Made by a program: the position numbers and the translations under genes. Shown one piece after another: positions 11,604 through 21,478 of a stretch of DNA of 64,000 nt (positions are counted from its first letter, which is position 1; the number at the start of each line of letters is the position of its first letter). Source of the DNA: Pseudomonadota bacterium (GTDB taxonomy: Bacteria; Pseudomonadota; Gammaproteobacteria; JAKAQQ01). The notes under the pieces are model-generated. The model ran no database searches, was not told the DNA's origin, and worked only from the letters and a program-made list of their open reading frames with translations. The stretch covers positions 130,546 to 194,545 of the forward strand of contig DAHWSH010000011.1 of assembly GCA_027338645.1 (NCBI GenBank), in the 5' to 3' direction.

Positions 11604-11692
11604 TTCCTTCTCCTCAATTGATCCAACATCTGGACAATGACGACAGATATGGAGAAAAAACCTAACAAAACGCCGAGATAGACGGTACCCAT
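11600..11692 (-). CDS. second small hydrophobic peptide upstream of kdpF
   Basis: Manual translation MGTVYLGVLLGFFSISVVIVQMLDQLRRRK* (30 aa): one TM helix plus basic tail; AGGAG upstream; ATGA overlap with kdpF. Confidence 0.7.
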   Translation of the reverse strand: MGTVYLGVLLGFFSISVVIVQMLDQLRRRK

Positions 11693-11872
11693 GGTTTACG
11701 GGTGACTCCTGCGCGACCCCAATTCCCATGCGAAATAAGAGGGCGCGAATTGATGTAGTAGATGAGTCATTCTGATCAGAATAAGACCTGACATGGATGT
11801 CATCCCATACCGGACAGGGCGCCAATATAAACCTGAGGCCTCCATGCAAGATGCAAAAAAAAACCAGACTGG

Positions 11873-11889
11873 CGTAAAAATTTCATAAG
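11873..11889 (-). promoter_or_regulatory. candidate KdpE-type binding site
   Basis: Minus strand CTTATG-AAATT-TTTACG has the same 6-5-6 layout as the E. coli KdpE site TTTATA-CTTTT-TTTACA; lies upstream of the kdp operon. Confidence 0.5.
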
Positions 11890-11966
11890 GACGGCAGATC
11901 AAGTAGATCCTTCCGCGATTGTGATTTGACAAAGCGATCCTGTAACGCTAGGCGATATCATATTTT

Positions 11967-12104
11967 CCGGGTGCCCATGAGCACCGGTGGGGGTTGGCTG
12001 CCCAGGTCGTCGATCTCAGCTTGTAAAACCTCTTACAGGTCAGAACAATGCGGGCCCTGATGGCGACAAAGAACCCCCGCCAATCCGCCACCTTTCGTGA
12101 AAGT
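11967..12104 (+). ncRNA. candidate structured RNA of unknown family
   Basis: Nested stems 11986-11995/12072-12081, 12006-12011/12062-12067, 12016-12019/12057-12060, hairpin 12020-12026/12033-12039 and hairpin 11970-11985. The G-U pairs all favour the plus strand. Confidence 0.4.
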
Positions 12105-12214
12105 CATTGTGTCTTCTCTAACCAGTCTCCCTCATCGTGGATTGGGAGAACTCGGTGTCAACCGTGGTGTATCATGACCCGGATACTTATTCGGGTGTTT
12201 TGCCGGGAGGAGCC

Positions 12215-12943
12215 GTGGAATCGCAGGATCCGGCCTGGGTTACCATCTTGTCTGATGTGCGCAAGCTTTGCGAAGATTATCCAAACGGTATTGTTGTCAT
12301 TGGCGGGGCTGCCATATGGCTTCACACCCGAAGCTGCCTCGATCAACAGTTTTTGCAAACCAGTCATGATGCGGACTTCTACATGGGGCTTCAGGACTTC
12401 GCAAGTCTAAGGGATATGCAGGAGGTGGTCCGGAACAGAAGACTGGGTAAATATCAGATGATCAGAAATGACGTTGATTTTGACATCTACGTTGAAAGAA
12501 ACAATGACCTAGTGATTTCATACGAAGATGCTCAGAGGTTCTCCGAGTCTATCGATGGAATTCGCTGTGCCTGCAAAGAACATTTATTGATTCTCAAGTT
12601 GCGTGCATTTGAGGACCGCATGGGCTCTGCAAAGGGAAGCAAAGATGCCAAGGATATTGCCAGATTGCTCGTTCTTTTAGCGGAGCAACCTGGAAGAAAA
12701 GCACAATCGCTTTCCCTACTACGAGACGAAGATCTGGCTTTCATGAAAAAAATAGTGGACAATCCCAATGTATTCCAAGACATCGTACAAAAGAATGCCC
12801 ACTGGGCAAAACAGCTGAGGGCGTTAGCCACCAGAGGTCTTGATTATGTTACGTCCACCCATGAACATCAGAATACCTTATCCGATCGTACTCCGAGACC
12901 CATTTCCAAACGGTCGAACGATGGACCTGAGTTCGGTGGCTGA
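12215..12943 (+). CDS. Pol-beta superfamily nucleotidyltransferase, AbiEii/DUF1814 (MenT-like) type
   Basis: VVIGGAAIWLH, TSHDADF (DxD), DFDI, and C-terminal LKLRAFEDR...KGSKDAKD. Likely GTG start at 12215 behind GGAGGAG (track ORF starts at 12137). Lower GC than flanks. Confidence 0.7.
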   Translation: MESQDPAWVTILSDVRKLCEDYPNGIVVIGGAAIWLHTRSCLDQQFLQTSHDADFYMGLQDFASLRDMQEVVRNRRLGKYQMIRNDVDFDIYVERNNDLVISYEDAQRFSESIDGIRCACKEHLLILKLRAFEDRMGSAKGSKDAKDIARLLVLLAEQPGRKAQSLSLLRDEDLAFMKKIVDNPNVFQDIVQKNAHWAKQLRALATRGLDYVTSTHEHQNTLSDRTPRPISKRSNDGPEFGG

Positions 12944-13262
12944 TCTTTGTCAGGCCGCCAAGGTTCGTCTCCGCGTCGTGGATCCGGAAGTCCATCGACC
13001 CAGAATCCTGGTAGACGACAAACTGCCCACGGCCAAATCGTGGGACGAAAGAGACAGACCCATTTGTATTATTGCCCAATCAGACTTGCCAGGAGACTTT
13101 CTGGAACTGCGTGTCTTGGAGATACTCGCTTACGGATTTTTCGACTACGATGCTCGAGAATGCCTCTGTTTCCAGAACTATTTCGACCGCAGTAGCAGCC
13201 TTGAGAGTTATGAATCCATACATTCCGGCGTTCTGCCACCCATGTCTGCTCCTTTATTCTGA
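12921..13262 (+). CDS. hypothetical protein (113 aa) overlapping the nucleotidyltransferase 3' end
   Basis: MDLSSVADLCQAAKVRLRVVDP...LELRVLEILAYGFFDYDARECL; 23-nt overlap with the upstream gene; protein-like composition. Confidence 0.55.
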   Translation: MDLSSVADLCQAAKVRLRVVDPEVHRPRILVDDKLPTAKSWDERDRPICIIAQSDLPGDFLELRVLEILAYGFFDYDARECLCFQNYFDRSSSLESYESIHSGVLPPMSAPLF

Positions 13263-13354
13263 CCGCATTGTTTTTATAGCATTTTAGTCCAAGAGGAATC
13301 GGGTGTGCGTTTAGAGGTAAAGCAATGTGAGTAGTGTGCCATAGTCCTCGCACA
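13250..13354 (-). mobile_element. candidate Tn7-like transposon end (relic) at attTn7
   Basis: Minus strand TGTGCGAG-GACTAT starts 28 nt after the glmS stop and resembles the Tn7 terminus TGTGGGCG-GACAAT. A second GGACTA and a CAGAATAAAG lie further inside. No tns genes or matching opposite end were found. Confidence 0.45.
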
Positions 13355-13381
13355 CCACAATTCGGAAAGGCACAAAAGAAT

Positions 13382-15232
13382 CTACTCGACCGTGACCGAC
13401 TTAGCCAAGTTACGTGGCTGATCGACATCATGTTTGCGCAGGACGGCTACATGGTAAGCCAGTAACTGTAGGGGTAGTGTATAGACAATCGGGGACAAAA
13501 ACTCGCTCGGGACCTCAGGAAGTCGAAGTGCGTGGACATTCTCACCCGCTGGAAGTTCTACTCCGGGATCCGCCACCAGGAACAGGTGGCCATCGCGCGC
13601 CCGTATGACCTCAAGATTGGACTTGAGCTTATCCGTTAGAACGTTGTCCGGCACAAGACTGATGACCGCCATCCTTGAGTCGACCAAGGCCAGCGGGCCG
13701 TGTTTCAGTTCACCCGCAGGATAGCTCTCTGCCTGGATATAGGCAATTTCCTTGAGCTTGAGCGCCCCTTCCCGTGCAATCGGATCATGCATGTCACGGG
13801 CGACATATAGGGCATGATCATATCGGGTCAGCAACTGGGCCCACTCCTGGATCGCGGGATCGAGCCCGAGCAGCTTTTCCAAAAGGCCGGGGAGATGCCT
13901 CAACTCCCTCACAGCCCGTAGCTCCATCTCCACCTCCAAAAGACCCTTTGACTTGGCGAGTCCCAAACTCAGCCAAAAAAGCAAAGTAAGCTGGGTCATA
14001 AAAGCCTTGGTAGACGCCACGCCAATCTCAGGGCCTGCCCGTGTCAGGAGACCGAGCTCGGCTTCGCGCATCATGGCGCTCTCAGCAACATTACAGAGTG
14101 CCAGGCGGCCGAGATACGGGAGAGTCTTGGCCCGGCGGAAAGCCGCAAGCGTATCCGCTGTCTCTCCGGATTGTGAAATTCCCACGAGGAGCGTGTTTTC
14201 TGGCAGACAGAGCGGACGATACCGGTATTCGCTTGCAATCTCGACGGAAACTGGAATCTGGGCCAGTCTCTCAATCCAGTGGCGAGCTACAAGCCCGGCG
14301 TGATAACTAGAACCGCAGGCAACAATGTGGATGGCTTTCACTTTTGGCAGGATTTCACGCGTTTGGTACCCCAAGGCAGATTCCAAAATATGTTCGCCGG
14401 AAATCCTCTGTTCAAGGGTTTCGACGACCGCACGTGGCTGCTCATGAATTTCCTTCAACATGAAATGGCGAAAGGTTCCTCGTTCAGCTGCATCGGGCGC
14501 TAATGAGACCCGTGTAGGATGGCGCACGACCCGTGTTCCGATTTCCGACCAAATCTGACACGGTGGTTGACCACCATTCGGGATCCGCAGCTCAGAAACC
14601 TCATGGTCTTCAAGAAAAAGGAAGTCTTGCGTCAGAGGTAACAAGGCGGTCACATCGGATGCAACAAAGGTCGCCTCCTTCCCAAACCCAATGACCATGG
14701 GGCAGCCCATCCGCAATGCGACGAGCACATCCGGTGACCCTTCATCCAGAACCAAAAGCGCGTACGCCCCTCTCAGGCGACGCTGGACTTCAATCATTGC
14801 GGATCGAAGATCAGGATATTCTTTCCGAACTGCGTGAATGAGATGAACCACTGTCTCGGTATCGGTATCGGATTCGAAACAGTAACCCTGGGACTTGAGC
14901 TGCTGCTTCAGCGATTCGTGATTTTCGATAATGCCATTATGGACGAGTGCGATCCCCTGAGAACGGTGAGGATGCGCGTTGGCTTCTGAGGGTGCTCCAT
15001 GAGTGGCCCATCGGGTATGGGCAATCCCCACCGGGCCAGAGCAGGGATGCTGCTTGATCTCTTCTGCCAAGAGGGCCACTTTCCCTTGCCGGCGTCGGCG
15101 GACGAGTTGGTGCTTCCCATCCAGTACGGCAAGGCCAGCGGAGTCGTACCCGCGGTATTCCAACCGCTTTAACCCTTGCAGAAGGATTGGGACGACATCA
15201 TCCGTGGAAATGGCTCCGATAATGCCACACAT
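13382..15232 (-). CDS. glmS: glutamine--fructose-6-phosphate aminotransferase
   Basis: MCGIIG, LEYRGYDSAG, HTRWATHG, GVASTKAF, C-terminus DQPRNLAKSVTVE. Confidence 0.98.
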   Translation of the reverse strand: MCGIIGAISTDDVVPILLQGLKRLEYRGYDSAGLAVLDGKHQLVRRRRQGKVALLAEEIKQHPCSGPVGIAHTRWATHGAPSEANAHPHRSQGIALVHNGIIENHESLKQQLKSQGYCFESDTDTETVVHLIHAVRKEYPDLRSAMIEVQRRLRGAYALLVLDEGSPDVLVALRMGCPMVIGFGKEATFVASDVTALLPLTQDFLFLEDHEVSELRIPNGGQPPCQIWSEIGTRVVRHPTRVSLAPDAAERGTFRHFMLKEIHEQPRAVVETLEQRISGEHILESALGYQTREILPKVKAIHIVACGSSYHAGLVARHWIERLAQIPVSVEIASEYRYRPLCLPENTLLVGISQSGETADTLAAFRRAKTLPYLGRLALCNVAESAMMREAELGLLTRAGPEIGVASTKAFMTQLTLLFWLSLGLAKSKGLLEVEMELRAVRELRHLPGLLEKLLGLDPAIQEWAQLLTRYDHALYVARDMHDPIAREGALKLKEIAYIQAESYPAGELKHGPLALVDSRMAVISLVPDNVLTDKLKSNLEVIRARDGHLFLVADPGVELPAGENVHALRLPEVPSEFLSPIVYTLPLQLLAYHVAVLRKHDVDQPRNLAKSVTVE

Positions 15233-15234
15233 GA

Positions 15235-16620
15235 TTAGGACTTCTTCTTCACCGGCCGTTTCCAGTGAGGGATGCTTTTCTGGTCGTTTCGGGACAAAGT
15301 CAGCTGGTCGGGTGGCGTATCCCTGACGATGGTCGAACCGGCAGCAATGAAGGAGCCACGCCCGATCCGCACCGGCGCAATCAATTGGCTATCACAACCG
15401 ACGAAAACACCATCTTCAATAACCGTGACGTGCTTTTCCGCCCCATCGTAGTTAACGGTGATAACTCCTGCACCCAGATTGACATCATCCCCAATCTCGG
15501 CATCGCCGACGTAGGCCAAATGGTTCGCCTTGCTGCGATCCCCGAGTCGGCTGTTTTTGACCTCCACGAAGTTACCGATCCGGGCATGATGATGTAGACG
15601 GGTTGACGGACGAATGCGCGCAAAAGGACCGATCCGGACATGGTTCCCGGTTTCAACTCCCTCGAGAAAACAGTGGGAAAATACCTCTGTTCCCTCTCCC
15701 AGACTCACATCACGCAGAACCGAATAGGGGCCTACCCGCACTCCCCGACCCAAGCGGATCCGGCCTTCGAGAATCACACCGATATCAATTTCGACATCAG
15801 TGTCGGCTTCAACCCAGCCCCGTAGATCAAAACGTGCAGGATCTCGGATCCGGACGCCCTGACGCATGAGTGACTCGGTCTGCCGAGCCTGCAGGACTCG
15901 TTCTGCAGCCGCGAGATCGAATGCCGAGTTCACACCTTGGGCTTTCTTTGGATTTTGGAGCAGACGGTTATGAACCGGTATCCCGGCCTGGAGTGCTTCC
16001 TCGACCAGGTCCGTCAGATAAAACTCACCCTGGGCATTTCGCCTCCCAATCCGCGGCAGCAACAAAGTCAGAAGATGCCGGGAACAAGCAAGAATCCCGG
16101 TGTTGACCTCGTGGATCAAGCGCATCGCATCATCGGGAAGATCGGCCTCTTCGACAATGCGGCAGATTTGTCCCTGCGTATCACGGACGATCCGTCCATA
16201 TCCAGCCGGATCCGTTCTTTCTGTCGTCAGGAGTGCCAGGGTGGACGGATTTGCCACTTCGAGCAGAACCCCAAGGTCTCCTGGCTCGAGAAGAGGAACA
16301 TCTCCGTACAGCACAAGCACGGTGGGGTCATCGGCCACATCCGCTATGGCTACTCCCACGGCATGTGCCGTACCGAGCGGTTCCGGCTGTTCCACAAAAC
16401 GGATCCCACTTTCACTGAAGCGAGAACGGATCTCTTCCCCACCGATTCCTGTCACAACCCGGATCTCATCTGGACCGAGTGACCGTGCGGTCTCGAGGAC
16501 CCACTCTAAGAGGGGGCGACCTGCCAGTTCATGAAGTACCTTGGGACGAGATGACCGCATTCGAGTCCCGGCTCCTGCAGCCAAGACCACGACTAGGAGC
16601 CGACCTAGCCCGGCCTTCAC
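15235..16620 (-). CDS. glmU: bifunctional UDP-GlcNAc pyrophosphorylase / glucosamine-1-phosphate acetyltransferase
   Basis: LAAGAGTRM, LYGDVP, GYGRIVR, EFYLTD, GNFVEVK, hexapeptide repeats. Confidence 0.97.
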   Translation of the reverse strand: MKAGLGRLLVVVLAAGAGTRMRSSRPKVLHELAGRPLLEWVLETARSLGPDEIRVVTGIGGEEIRSRFSESGIRFVEQPEPLGTAHAVGVAIADVADDPTVLVLYGDVPLLEPGDLGVLLEVANPSTLALLTTERTDPAGYGRIVRDTQGQICRIVEEADLPDDAMRLIHEVNTGILACSRHLLTLLLPRIGRRNAQGEFYLTDLVEEALQAGIPVHNRLLQNPKKAQGVNSAFDLAAAERVLQARQTESLMRQGVRIRDPARFDLRGWVEADTDVEIDIGVILEGRIRLGRGVRVGPYSVLRDVSLGEGTEVFSHCFLEGVETGNHVRIGPFARIRPSTRLHHHARIGNFVEVKNSRLGDRSKANHLAYVGDAEIGDDVNLGAGVITVNYDGAEKHVTVIEDGVFVGCDSQLIAPVRIGRGSFIAAGSTIVRDTPPDQLTLSRNDQKSIPHWKRPVKKKS

Positions 16621-16669
16621 GGCCGTGGGTGGGCTTTTGCAGGAAGCACAGATCGTCCCAAACCCCTGT

Positions 16670-17095
16670 TCACCGAAGCTGTCCCCGCTTCCTCAGGCGG
16701 TCAAGAACCCTCAACCTTTCGGTCATTTCGGCCAGTTCGGCTTCAGCCCGGGCCACATCGACAGACTCCGCGCTAGAAGCGAGAAAGGCTTCGGCTGCCT
16801 GCTTGGCTTCACGGGTCTTGGCCTCATCAATTTCATCCGTGCGCATGGAACTATTCGCCAGAACCATGACTTGGTGGGGCTGGACCTCGAGCAGACCGCC
16901 GGACACGAACAGAGAGAGGGTTTCCGTTGGGGTTTGGATCCGCAACTCGCCGGCCCTGAGGCGAGTCAGTAGGGGAGCATGACGTGGCGTAATACCGACC
17001 TCACCAAGTTCAGCCGGTGCAAAAACCATCTCGGCCTCCCCGGAGTAAATCGGGGATTCGAGGCTGACCACATCTACCCGCATTACCATACTCAT
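16670..17095 (-). CDS. atpC: ATP synthase epsilon subunit
   Basis: GEVGITPRHAPLLT, VSGGLLEVQP; operon position. Confidence 0.96.
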   Translation of the reverse strand: MSMVMRVDVVSLESPIYSGEAEMVFAPAELGEVGITPRHAPLLTRLRAGELRIQTPTETLSLFVSGGLLEVQPHQVMVLANSSMRTDEIDEAKTREAKQAAEAFLASSAESVDVARAEAELAEMTERLRVLDRLRKRGQLR

Positions 17096-17101
17096 ACGAG
17101 T

Positions 17102-18487
<1,386 letters not shown>

Positions 18488-18502
18488 TCACGTATGTAGT
18501 CG

Positions 18503-19366
18503 CTAGACAGCGGCAGCCCCGCCGACAATTTCGGCGATTTCACGGGTGATGGCCGCCTGACGAGCCTTGTTGTAGGCCAATTTCAGGGTTTCAATCAGGG
18601 TACTTGCATTTTCCGAAGCATTCTTCATGGCCACCATGCGGGCTGCCTGCTCGGAAGCAATGTTCTCAAGAAGTCCTTGGTAGGTTTCCGCCTCGAGATA
18701 ACGGGTCAACCACGTATCAACGAGATCCATGCTGTCGGGTTCATAAAGATAATCCCAATGGTCGGCCAGTTCGGAATCCCGCTGGGCCGGTATCGGCAGA
18801 AGAGTCACCAGGTGGGGCTTTTGGATCATCGTATTCTGGAAGTAGTTGAACGCCAGAACCAGGCGGTCAATATGACCCTGGCGGTAATCCTCGAGCAATG
18901 CACGCAGAGGGCCGATCACATTTTCCGCCGCAGGACGATCACCGACGTGCGTGAGTGACGCCACGAGGGTGGCATCCAGACGCCTCAGTCCGGTCAATGC
19001 CTTTTGACCGATCGCCGCAAAACGGACGGCGGTGCCCTGATTTTCAAGGACTCTGACCTCGTTCCAGACAGAGCGAATCAGGTTGATGTTGAGTCCTCCG
19101 CAGAGTCCCCGATCACTACCAATCACAAGAAAACCGACTCCACGTACCGTATTTCTCGGGAGCAGAAAAGGATGTGGAAACTCGGGGCGGAGAACGGCCA
19201 AGTGCCCGGTTACTTTGCGGATCCGCTCGAGGTAGGGACGACTGGCCTGCATCCGGACCTGGACTCGCCGGATCTTGCTCGCAGCGACCATTTCCATCGC
19301 CCGTGTGATCTTGCGGGTGCTTTCGATACTGCGAATCTGCGTCCGAATTTCTTTGGTGCCGGCCAT
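18503..19366 (-). CDS. atpG: ATP synthase gamma subunit
   Basis: KITRAMEMVAASK, SDRGLCGGLN, RQAAITREIAEI. Confidence 0.98.
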   Translation of the reverse strand: MAGTKEIRTQIRSIESTRKITRAMEMVAASKIRRVQVRMQASRPYLERIRKVTGHLAVLRPEFPHPFLLPRNTVRGVGFLVIGSDRGLCGGLNINLIRSVWNEVRVLENQGTAVRFAAIGQKALTGLRRLDATLVASLTHVGDRPAAENVIGPLRALLEDYRQGHIDRLVLAFNYFQNTMIQKPHLVTLLPIPAQRDSELADHWDYLYEPDSMDLVDTWLTRYLEAETYQGLLENIASEQAARMVAMKNASENASTLIETLKLAYNKARQAAITREIAEIVGGAAAV

Positions 19367-19368
19367 CG

Positions 19369-20922
19369 TTAGCGTCCGGTTTCCTTCCGATAGCGGTTGA
19401 TGACCTGGCGGAGTCCGGAGGCCACTTCGTCGTTATAATCCCCGGTCTCGTTGATTCGGCTGCAAAGCTTCGAATCCTGTTCGCGAAAAAAATCATGCAG
19501 GCCAGCCTCGAAGGCGCCGATCTCGGCAACCGGAACACCATCGAGATCTCCCTCGTTGACCGCGAACAGTGAAATCGCCATCTCCGCAATCGACAGCGGG
19601 CTGTATTGTTTTTGTTTCATGAGCTCCGTAACCCGTTGACCGCGCTCCAGCTGACGCCGGGTGATTTCATCGAGTTCCGATGCAAATTGAGAAAAAGCCG
19701 CCAATTCCCGATACTGGGCCAAGGCAAAACGGACCCCGCCTCCCAGCTTTTTGATGATTTTCGTCTGTGCCGCACCGCCAACACGGGAAACCGAGAGCCC
19801 GGCATTGATTGCGGGACGGATACCAGCGTTGAAGAGATCATTCTCAAGGTAGATCTGGCCGTCAGTGATGGAGATAACATTGGTTGGGATAAAGGCCGAA
19901 ACATCTCCGGCTTGTGTCTCGATGATAGGCAGTGCCGTGAGGGATCCGGTTCGACCTTTGACACGACCCCCGGTCCGCTGTTCCACTTCGCGGGCATTGA
20001 GGCGAGAGGCCCGTTCGAGCAGGCGGGAATGAAGGTAAAACACATCGCCCGGATAGGCCTCGCGGCCGGGTGGACGCTTCAGCAGAAGGGAGATCTGCCG
20101 GTAAGCCCAAGCGTGCTTGGTCAGGTCATCATAGACGATGAGTGCATCCTGTCCCTGATCGCGGAAGTACTCGCCCATGGTGCAACCAGCATAAGGCGCG
20201 ATGAACTGCAGTGCAGCCGACTCGGCCGCCGTGGCGGCAACCACGATGGTTCGCTTGAGGACATTGTGCTCTTCCAGCTTGCGCACCACTTGGGAAACGC
20301 TTGAGGCTTTTTGTCCGATCGCCACATAAACGCAGAAAAGATCTGTGTTCCGCTGGTTGATGATCGTATCGATAGCCAGTGCCGTTTTTCCCGTCTGGCG
20401 GTCGCCAATAATCAACTCACGCTGCCCTCGACCGATCGGCACCATCGCATCGATCGCCTTGAGTCCGGTCTGGACCGGCTGAGCCACTGACTGTCGGGCA
20501 ATGACACCCGGCGCGACTTTCTCGATCGGGGCGCGCTGGGTTTCGGGTAGGGGCGATCCGCCATCCAAGGCCCGGCCCAGTGGATCCACAACGCGGCCAA
20601 GAAGCTCAAGGCCTACTGGAACCTCAAGGATCCGGCCCGTTGCCCGTACCTCTTGTCCTTCGGTCAACTGCTCGTAGTTGCCAAGAACTACGGCCCCAAC
20701 GGCATCGCGTTCCAGGTTGAGAGCAAGCCCCGCACTCCCGCCCGGAAATTCGAGCATCTCGCCGTAGCGAACCCCGCCGAGGCCATAAATTCGGACGATG
20801 CCGTCGGCGACGCTCACAACCGTACCGACTTCCCGTTCGTCGACGCCCGCCTCGAAGCGCTGGATGCGCTCCTTGAGCAGGGAACTGATTTCAGCGGGAC
20901 TGAGCTGAACAGAATCACTCAT
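19369..20922 (-). CDS. atpA: ATP synthase alpha subunit
   Basis: [30 protein letters not shown]. Confidence 0.99.
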   Translation of the reverse strand: MSDSVQLSPAEISSLLKERIQRFEAGVDEREVGTVVSVADGIVRIYGLGGVRYGEMLEFPGGSAGLALNLERDAVGAVVLGNYEQLTEGQEVRATGRILEVPVGLELLGRVVDPLGRALDGGSPLPETQRAPIEKVAPGVIARQSVAQPVQTGLKAIDAMVPIGRGQRELIIGDRQTGKTALAIDTIINQRNTDLFCVYVAIGQKASSVSQVVRKLEEHNVLKRTIVVAATAAESAALQFIAPYAGCTMGEYFRDQGQDALIVYDDLTKHAWAYRQISLLLKRPPGREAYPGDVFYLHSRLLERASRLNAREVEQRTGGRVKGRTGSLTALPIIETQAGDVSAFIPTNVISITDGQIYLENDLFNAGIRPAINAGLSVSRVGGAAQTKIIKKLGGGVRFALAQYRELAAFSQFASELDEITRRQLERGQRVTELMKQKQYSPLSIAEMAISLFAVNEGDLDGVPVAEIGAFEAGLHDFFREQDSKLCSRINETGDYNDEVASGLRQVINRYRKETGR

Positions 20923-20926
20923 GAGA

Positions 20927-21478
20927 TCAACCTCTGGAATACTGCAATGGCCGAGTCAAGGCCCGTGAAAGTAGGACAAGATGCCCACGGACCGATCCGT
21001 CCCAGACGCGGTCCCCGATCCGGATCTGAGCTCCTCCGATCAGGGCAGGGTCAACCCGGAAAACCAAGTGGACTCGCCGGCCCAGTTTTTTTGCGAACCC
21101 AACACTCCACTTTGTTTTCTCTGCTTCGTCGACCGCCATCGCCGTGGTAACCTCACATTCGGTTTCGGAAGCTGCTGCCCGTTTTATCTCTGCGTAAAGT
21201 GAGGCGATATCGCCGATCTCCTTCCAGCGTTGATGGGCAATCAAAAGCATTAGGAAATTGCGTTCCCGGATATCGAGCCGACGAGTCAATGCCAGCTCCA
21301 GCACCCCAAGTCGATCCTCCGCGTCCGCGCGAGGGTGTGAGAGCACCCACCGAATTTCTGGCTGTTCCAGCGCAGACGCTAGATCGGTCAGGAAACGTTC
21401 CCAGCTGTCCAGCTGATTTTCAGAGACCGCAATCTCGAAAACTGCCCGGGCATAAGGCCGCGCGAGAGTCCGGCTCAT
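20927..21478 (-). CDS. atpH: ATP synthase delta subunit
   Basis: [17 protein letters not shown]...DGSVRG. Confidence 0.95.
   Translation of the reverse strand: MSRTLARPYARAVFEIAVSENQLDSWERFLTDLASALEQPEIRWVLSHPRADAEDRLGVLELALTRRLDIRERNFLMLLIAHQRWKEIGDIASLYAEIKRAAASETECEVTTAMAVDEAEKTKWSVGFAKKLGRRVHLVFRVDPALIGGAQIRIGDRVWDGSVRGHLVLLSRALTRPLQYSRG

Noticed and set aside
11511-11849. 112-aa ORF upstream of kdpA
   Set aside because: Only the last 30 codons are KdpF; the rest is an in-frame extension across the promoter and the second peptide.
12022-12037. TGT-N10-ACA palindrome as a NifA-type operator
   Set aside because: No sigma54 promoter nearby; equally explained as a hairpin in the larger structure. 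Kept only as an alternative.
11960-12100. c-di-AMP (ydaO) riboswitch on the minus strand controlling kdp
   Set aside because: GGCGGGGG...CAGCCAACCCCC looks superficially similar, but the GCTGAA, GGAACC and GGGGTGAA elements are missing, the wobble pairs favour the plus strand, and it lies upstream of the KdpE-like box.
12048-12410. 120-aa plus-strand ORF as an upstream antitoxin
   Set aside because: Overlaps the NTase out of frame by about 200 nt, has no RBS and no HTH-like pattern.
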